Shown: piece after piece, positions 18,576 through 25,124 of the stretch | Numbering within the stretch: the stretch's first letter is position 1 | Layout: the number at the start of each line of letters is the position of its first letter | The notes under the pieces: model-generated | What the model was told of the DNA's origin: nothing | Database searches by the model: none | What the model saw: the letters and a program-made list of their open reading frames with translations, nothing else | Made by a program: the position numbers and the translations under genes | Origin: Candidatus Eiseniibacteriota bacterium | GTDB taxonomy: Bacteria > Eisenbacteria > RBG-16-71-46 > CAZEPH01 | Direction: 5' to 3' | Assembly: GCA_044229145.1 (NCBI GenBank) | Contig: JBGATO010000054.1 | Coordinates: forward strand, 1-25,124 | DNA length: 25,124 nt

Positions 18576-20033
18576 TTGGACAACCCTCACTTCAACGACC
18601 CGGCGTCGCCTGAGGGAACCGGCGACGCGGTGTGGACGACCGTCCGCGACACTTTGCGGGAGCGCATGCTCCCGCAGAGCTTCGAGACATGGATTGCCCC
18701 GCTGGCGCTTGGCTCCCTCACGGAGGACATCGCCCAGGTCATCGCCCCGAACGCGTTTTACATCGAATGGCTCGCCCAGCACTACGACGCGCACATCGCG
18801 AACGCCTTCGCGGAGGCGCTCGGCCGCACGGTTGCCGTGGAGTACACGGTGGCGACCGCGACGCACGAGGTTCCTGAGGCCACACTGACGCCCGCCCCAG
18901 AGGCGCCGGTGCCGCCCACCTCGCTGCGCGCGATCTCGCCGGCGTTCTCGACGGCCGCCACGGTCCCGGGCTCTTCAGACGCAGGCGATCTCGATGCGCG
19001 CTACACCTTCGGCAGCTTCGTCGTGGGTGGGTCGAATCAGTTCGCACACGCGGCCGCCCTCGCGGTGGCCGCAGAACCCGGCCGGCGCTACAACCCGTTG
19101 TTCATCTACGGCGGCGTCGGGCTCGGCAAGACGCACGTCATGCACGCGATCGGTCACGCGTTGCGCGCGCAGCAACCGGACGCGCGCATCGTGTACGTCA
19201 GCTCCGAACGCTACATGAACGAACTCATCACCTCGATCCAGCGCGGCAAGATCCTCGACTTCAAGGACAAGTACCGGAGCGTCGACCTGTTGCTCATCGA
19301 CGACATCCAGTTCATGGAGGCGAAGGAGCGCACGCAGGAAGAGTTCTTCCACACCTTCAACGCGCTCTACGAAGGCCACAAGCAGATCGTCCTCACCAGC
19401 GACCGGCCGCCGCACGAGATCACCAAGCTGGAGGAGCGGCTCGTCTCGCGCTTCCAGTGCGGACTCGTCGCGGACATCCAGGCGCCGGACGTCGAGACGC
19501 GCGTGGCCATCCTCAAGGCGAAGGCGGAAGCGGAAGGCCAGCATCTCACCGACGAACTGGCGTTGTTCGTCGCGCATGCCGCGTCGGCCAACATCCGTGA
19601 GCTCGAGGGCGCGTTCAAGCGCCTGATGGCGATCGCGACGTTGAACCGCAAGCCGCTGTCGGCGCTCACGCTCCAGAGTGCGGAGAACGCGCTGCAGATG
19701 ATTCTGCGGCCGTCGCGCACCGCGGTGCGGCAAGCCAGCGTCGACGAACTCGCGCATCTGGTGGCGGAGCGCTACGGCGTCACCGTCGACGCGATGCGGG
19801 GGAAGCGGCGCACGAGCACGGTGGCCGAAGCGCGGCAGGTGACGATGTATCTCTGTCGCCAGCTGACGTCGCTCTCGCTCGCCGACATCGGGCAGCGCTT
19901 CGGCAAGCGCGATCACACGACGGTGCTCTACGCCTGCGACAAGGTGCGCAATCTGGTCGCGACGCACGATTCGTTGCGCACGTTCGTCGAGCAAGTGATC
20001 CGTAGTTTCGGTGGTGACCTCTCGAAGATGTGA
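18576..20033 (+). CDS. dnaA: Chromosomal replication initiator DnaA
   Basis: TTG start; SFETWI, YNPLFIYGGVGLGKTH, LLIDDIQ, QEEFFHTFN, RLVSRF, NIRELEGA, RDHTTV. Confidence 0.99.
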   Translation: MDNPHFNDPASPEGTGDAVWTTVRDTLRERMLPQSFETWIAPLALGSLTEDIAQVIAPNAFYIEWLAQHYDAHIANAFAEALGRTVAVEYTVATATHEVPEATLTPAPEAPVPPTSLRAISPAFSTAATVPGSSDAGDLDARYTFGSFVVGGSNQFAHAAALAVAAEPGRRYNPLFIYGGVGLGKTHVMHAIGHALRAQQPDARIVYVSSERYMNELITSIQRGKILDFKDKYRSVDLLLIDDIQFMEAKERTQEEFFHTFNALYEGHKQIVLTSDRPPHEITKLEERLVSRFQCGLVADIQAPDVETRVAILKAKAEAEGQHLTDELALFVAHAASANIRELEGAFKRLMAIATLNRKPLSALTLQSAENALQMILRPSRTAVRQASVDELAHLVAERYGVTVDAMRGKRRTSTVAEARQVTMYLCRQLTSLSLADIGQRFGKRDHTTVLYACDKVRNLVATHDSLRTFVEQVIRSFGGDLSKM

Positions 20034-20310
20034 GAGGCCGCGCGTTGTCCACCATGACGACGCGCACGCTGTGAAGAGCGTGGGGAAGACTGTGCACACC
20101 TCACGCTCTTCTCCACCGCTCTCGAGCAAGGCAACAACCGCCGTGGACAACACCGCACATCGCCCACGCATCGTCCCCAGAGCATCCCGCCCGCCAATCC
20201 GCCGCGCGACACCAACCTACGAAGCACGACGAAGACTTACCCACATGTCCCCATGTCCTTCTTCTTCTTCTTGAGAAGGTAAAGACAATAAGAAGACCAG
20301 TCGGGGACAA
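20034..20310. other. oriC: oriC (dnaA-dnaN intergenic) with degenerate DnaA boxes and DnaA-trio-like element
   Basis: TTGTCCACC 20045, CGTGGGGAA 20079, TTCTCCACC 20109, CGTGGACAA 20142, TTACCCACA 20237, ATGTCCCCA 20245, then (CTT)5 at 20258-20272 and an A-rich tract. Confidence 0.8.
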
Positions 20311-20316
20311 TGCCGC

Positions 20317-20345
20317 TTGAGACTGTCGGACCCTGGGCTTAGACT
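20317..20345 (+). promoter_or_regulatory. Putative dnaN promoter
   Basis: TTGAGA, 17-nt spacer, TAGACT. Confidence 0.55.
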
Positions 20346-20424
20346 TACGGGTCCCACGTGGCGCCCCAGACCCAAGCGCTCGTCGGCACCCGCTGTGCCC
20401 GAGTCTGAAGGAGTAGGCAAGACG

Positions 20425-21558
20425 ATGACCGTGTCCGTTGAGCACCCGACCGCAACCCTCGACCAACCATCGCTGAACCGCGTGCTGCAAAGCGTGCTCG
20501 GAACCGTCGCCACCAAGACGACGCTGCCGATGCTGACCAACTTCTTGCTCGAGGCGGAAGGCAACCAACTCCGCGTCACCGGCACCGACCTCGACGTCGC
20601 GATGGTCTCGAGTATCCCGGCCATGCACGACCGCACCTTCCGTGTCGCCGTGAACGCCCGCCGCATGGCGGAAGTCGTCCGCGAGCTGCCGAAGGTCGAA
20701 GTTGCCATCGAGGTGGACCGTCACCGCGTCACGCTGCGCTCCGGCAGCACGGTCATCCACATTCCGGCGGCCGACGCCGACGAGTTCCCGTCGCTGCCGG
20801 AACTGCGCTTCGAGCGCCGCATCACGCTCAAGGGCACGACGCTGGAGTCGCTCATCAAGCGCACGCTCTACGCGACCAGCGACGACCCCACCAACCCGAC
20901 GCTCACCGGCGCGCTCCTGAGCGCCGTGGACGGCGAGTTGCGCATGGTCGCGACCGATGGGCACCGTCTGAGCCGCGCGTCCGCCAAGGGCCCGGTGAGC
21001 CCGTTCGGCAAGAACGACCCGATCGTCCCGCCGAAGGGCCTCGAGCAGGTGCTCAGGCTCATCGCCGACGATCCGGGCGACATCGAGATCGGCATCGACA
21101 AGAACCACGCGGTGTTCCAGGTCGGAACCACCACAGTCTACTGCCGGCTCATCGAAGGGCCGTTCCCGAACTACGAGCAGGTGATTCCGAAGGAGGCCAC
21201 GCGCGAGGCGGTGCTCGACCGCGCGGAGACCATCGCCGCGTTGCGCCGCATCTACTCGCTGGCGGACAACCTGACGCACCAGGTGAAGATCACCTTCGCC
21301 ACCGGTCAGGTGTCGCTCGAGGCACGCACGCAGGACATCGGCGAAGGCACCACGGACATCGCCGCCGAGTTCACCGGCGAAACGCTGACCGCCGGCTACA
21401 ACGCGCAGTACCTGCTCGACATCCTCAAGAGCTTCGACACGCAGACGTTCCGCATGAAGCTGAACACCGCGGTCACCGCCGCCGTCATCGAACCGATCGG
21501 GATGCCGGAAGGGGAAGAGCTACTCTGCCTGCTGATGCCGTTGCGCCTCGCCAGCTAG
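20425..21558 (+). CDS. dnaN: DNA polymerase III beta sliding clamp
   Basis: ATG 20425 after AAGGAG; TGTDLD, EFPSLP, VATDGHRL, RLIEGPFPNYEQVIP, NAQYLLD, LLMPLR. Confidence 0.98.
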   Translation: MTVSVEHPTATLDQPSLNRVLQSVLGTVATKTTLPMLTNFLLEAEGNQLRVTGTDLDVAMVSSIPAMHDRTFRVAVNARRMAEVVRELPKVEVAIEVDRHRVTLRSGSTVIHIPAADADEFPSLPELRFERRITLKGTTLESLIKRTLYATSDDPTNPTLTGALLSAVDGELRMVATDGHRLSRASAKGPVSPFGKNDPIVPPKGLEQVLRLIADDPGDIEIGIDKNHAVFQVGTTTVYCRLIEGPFPNYEQVIPKEATREAVLDRAETIAALRRIYSLADNLTHQVKITFATGQVSLEARTQDIGEGTTDIAAEFTGETLTAGYNAQYLLDILKSFDTQTFRMKLNTAVTAAVIEPIGMPEGEELLCLLMPLRLAS

Positions 21559-21599
21559 GCAGCGCACCCCGGCGCCTCGCTCGTGACGCCGACGCGCCG

Positions 21600-21980
21600 C
21601 TGGTCGGAGCCATTCTCCACCGCGTCCTCGGGTCGAGCCCGCTCGCGCGGCCGCTCGCCGGCTGGGCGGTGGTCACCGAGTGGGCACAGATCGTCGGGCC
21701 ACGCGTCGCCGCACGCACGCAAGCGGTCGAGTGGCGCGACGGACAATTGTTGGTCGAAGTGTTCGGCGCTGCATGGATGGCGGAGCTGACGCTGCAGAAA
21801 CGCGCGCTCATCGCCCACATCCAGAAGGTCACCGGACACGAAGCGGTGACCAGCCTGCACTTCGTGCCGGCCTCGGTTGCGCCCGCCGGCGGCGAATCCG
21901 CCGGGCAGGCCGCACCGCGCGCGAGCATCACCGGGCCGCGTCCCACGGCGCGCCCGCGCAAGAACCCGAAAGGAGTCTGA
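21600..21980 (+). CDS. dciA: DciA (DUF721) replicative helicase loader; start uncertain
   Basis: LVGAILHRVLG..W.QIVG..VAART......GQLLVEV..AAWMAEL pattern; position between dnaN and gyrB; first canonical start (GTG 21669) falls inside the conserved region. Confidence 0.78.
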   Translation: MVGAILHRVLGSSPLARPLAGWAVVTEWAQIVGPRVAARTQAVEWRDGQLLVEVFGAAWMAELTLQKRALIAHIQKVTGHEAVTSLHFVPASVAPAGGESAGQAAPRASITGPRPTARPRKNPKGV

Positions 21981-23933
<1,953 letters not shown>

Positions 23934-23954
23934 CGGACATCGTTCAGAAAGACT

Positions 23955-23993
23955 CGACGCCCCGTGGCTTCGCGCTGCGGGGCGTCGTCGTTT
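23955..23993 (+). terminator. Terminator-like hairpin after gyrB
   Basis: CGACGCCCCGTGGC/GCTGCGGGGCGTCG stem followed by TCGTTT. Confidence 0.6.
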
Positions 23994-24105
23994 GCGCGGA
24001 GCGGCGATGAAAACCCGTTGACGCGCGGCGGCCACACCCCGACCATTCTGCGACTCGTGACGGTTGCCCTCGACCGCCCGCTGGACTCTTGGAGGTACCC
24101 ACCCC

Positions 24106-24423
24106 ATGCGCCTCGTCCTTCGTCTCGTCCTTGCCGTACTCGCCCTGTTTCTCGTCTTCGTCATGAGCCGCCCGGGCAAGTTCCACATCGAGCGTTCGAC
24201 CACCATCAGCGCGCCGGCGGAGATCGTGTACGCGCAGATCGCGGACTACCACAAGTGGGCGGCGTGGTCGCCGTGGGAGCACCTCGACCCGAACATGAAG
24301 AAGGATTTCGCCGGTACCGACGGCGCGGTGGGCGCGAGCTACCACTGGGAAGGCAACAAGGACGTCGGCGAGGGCCGCATGACGACGACGGCCGTCGAAC
24401 CGCCGAACCGGATGGCAATCAAG
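24106..24423 (+). pseudogene. SRPBCC (polyketide cyclase/dehydrase) family gene truncated by IS insertion
   Basis: ATG 24106 with GGAGG SD; N-terminal TM, ERSTTISAP, WAAWSPW, GVGASYHWEGNKDVGEG; recognisable family sequence ends at MAIK where the IS end begins, stop at 24462 lies inside the IS. Confidence 0.82.
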
Positions 24424-24436
24424 GGGGATTATATAC

Positions 24437-24465
24437 TTGACGGACCCACAATGTTGAGCTAGATT
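24437..24465 (+). promoter_or_regulatory. Transposase promoter in IS left end
   Basis: TTGACG, 17-nt spacer, TAGATT. Confidence 0.65.
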
Positions 24466-24498
24466 CTGGGGGTAGTTGAGCCCTGACCCGGAGTCGCC

Positions 24499-25124
24499 AT
24501 GAGCATCCTGTCTGAACCGTACTTCCACGACGAAGCCGCAGCTTACGCCAAGCTGGAAAGCATCGTGTGGCCGGCTGGCCCCTACTGCCCGCACTGCGGC
24601 GGAGTCGAGCGCATCTACGTGCTTGCCGGCAAGAGCACGCGCATTGGCGTGCGGAAGTGTGGCGACTGTCGCAAGCAGTTTACGGTCAAGGTCGGCACGG
24701 TGTTCGAGTCCAGTCACGTTGCGCTCCACAAGTGGCTCCAAGCCGCGTTCCTGATGGCCGCGAGCAAGAAGGGCATCAGCAGCCACCAGCTTCACCGCAC
24801 GCTCGGAGTGACCTACAAGACCGCGTGGTTCATGGAGCACCGTCTGCGCGAAGCGATGCGCGCGGGCGACCTTACGCCGTTCGGCCAAGGTGGCGGTATC
24901 GTGGAAGCGGATGAGACGTTCATCGGGGATGATCGCCCGATGAAGGACCGCCCACGCAAGAAGGGCCGTGGCGTCACGCACAAGTTCAAGGTACTGTCTC
25001 TCGTGGACCGTACGAGCGGACGCGCCCGCAGCACCGTCGTGGACAACCTCAAGGTTGGCACGCTGTTGCCGATCATTCAGGCCAACGTCCACCGCGAGGC
25101 GAAGCTGATGACCGACGACGCCAG
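24499..25124 (+). CDS. IS1595-family DDE transposase (partial, runs off window; absent from ORF track)
   Basis: Manual translation MSILSEPYFHDEAAA..WPAGPYCPHCG..CGDCRKQFTVKVGTVFE..KKGISSHQLHR..YKTAWFM..VEADETFIG..LMTDD: Zn ribbon, HTH, DDE motifs. Confidence 0.95.
   Translation, partial: MSILSEPYFHDEAAAYAKLESIVWPAGPYCPHCGGVERIYVLAGKSTRIGVRKCGDCRKQFTVKVGTVFESSHVALHKWLQAAFLMAASKKGISSHQLHRTLGVTYKTAWFMEHRLREAMRAGDLTPFGQGGGIVEADETFIGDDRPMKDRPRKKGRGVTHKFKVLSLVDRTSGRARSTVVDNLKVGTLLPIIQANVHREAKLMTDDA

Larger units (their letters stand above)
24424..25124 (+). mobile_element. IS1595-family insertion sequence, left part
   Basis: GGGGATTATATACTTGAC terminus (boundary +/- 2 nt), abrupt AT-rich shift, internal promoter and transposase; right end outside window. 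Confidence 0.88.

Noticed and set aside
18567..18620. Selenocysteine recoding of the in-frame UGA before dnaA
   Set aside because: No convincing SECIS-like hairpin 3' of the UGA and no Cys-equivalent conserved position
23944..25092. 382-aa minus-strand ORF crossing the IS boundary
   Set aside because: Antisense to transposase and SRPBCC; spans a mobile-element junction, so unlikely a real gene

Overview
GC-rich bacterial chromosome segment spanning the replication origin. On the minus strand are rpmH-rnpA-yidD-yidC-jag(khpB)-rsmG, an intrinsic terminator, two parS sites flanking a perfect DnaA box, then parA-parB. On the plus strand are dnaA-[oriC with degenerate DnaA boxes and a CTT-trio unwinding element]-dnaN-dciA(DUF721)-gyrB. 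recF, gyrA and mnmE/mnmG are not in their usual positions. Downstream of parB lie a MoxR/DUF58/BatA-VWA operon, a TauE/SafE transporter, a large secreted BNR/VPS10-like protein and small accessory genes (VOC, YciI, SAM methyltransferase, PNPOx-like, DUF1801). At the right end an IS1595-family element has inserted into, and truncated, an SRPBCC gene. The long YidC periplasmic domain suggests a diderm; finer taxonomy cannot be established. I found no clearly new multi-gene system. The most unusual signals are regulatory or translational: an in-frame hairpin uORF before dnaA, a parS-DnaA box-parS element, probable non-canonical starts for parA and dciA, a degenerate RsmG with a long basic extension, SD-sequestering hairpins, and an AT-rich palindromic island between parB and moxR. 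All calls come from manual motif recognition; no database searches were run.
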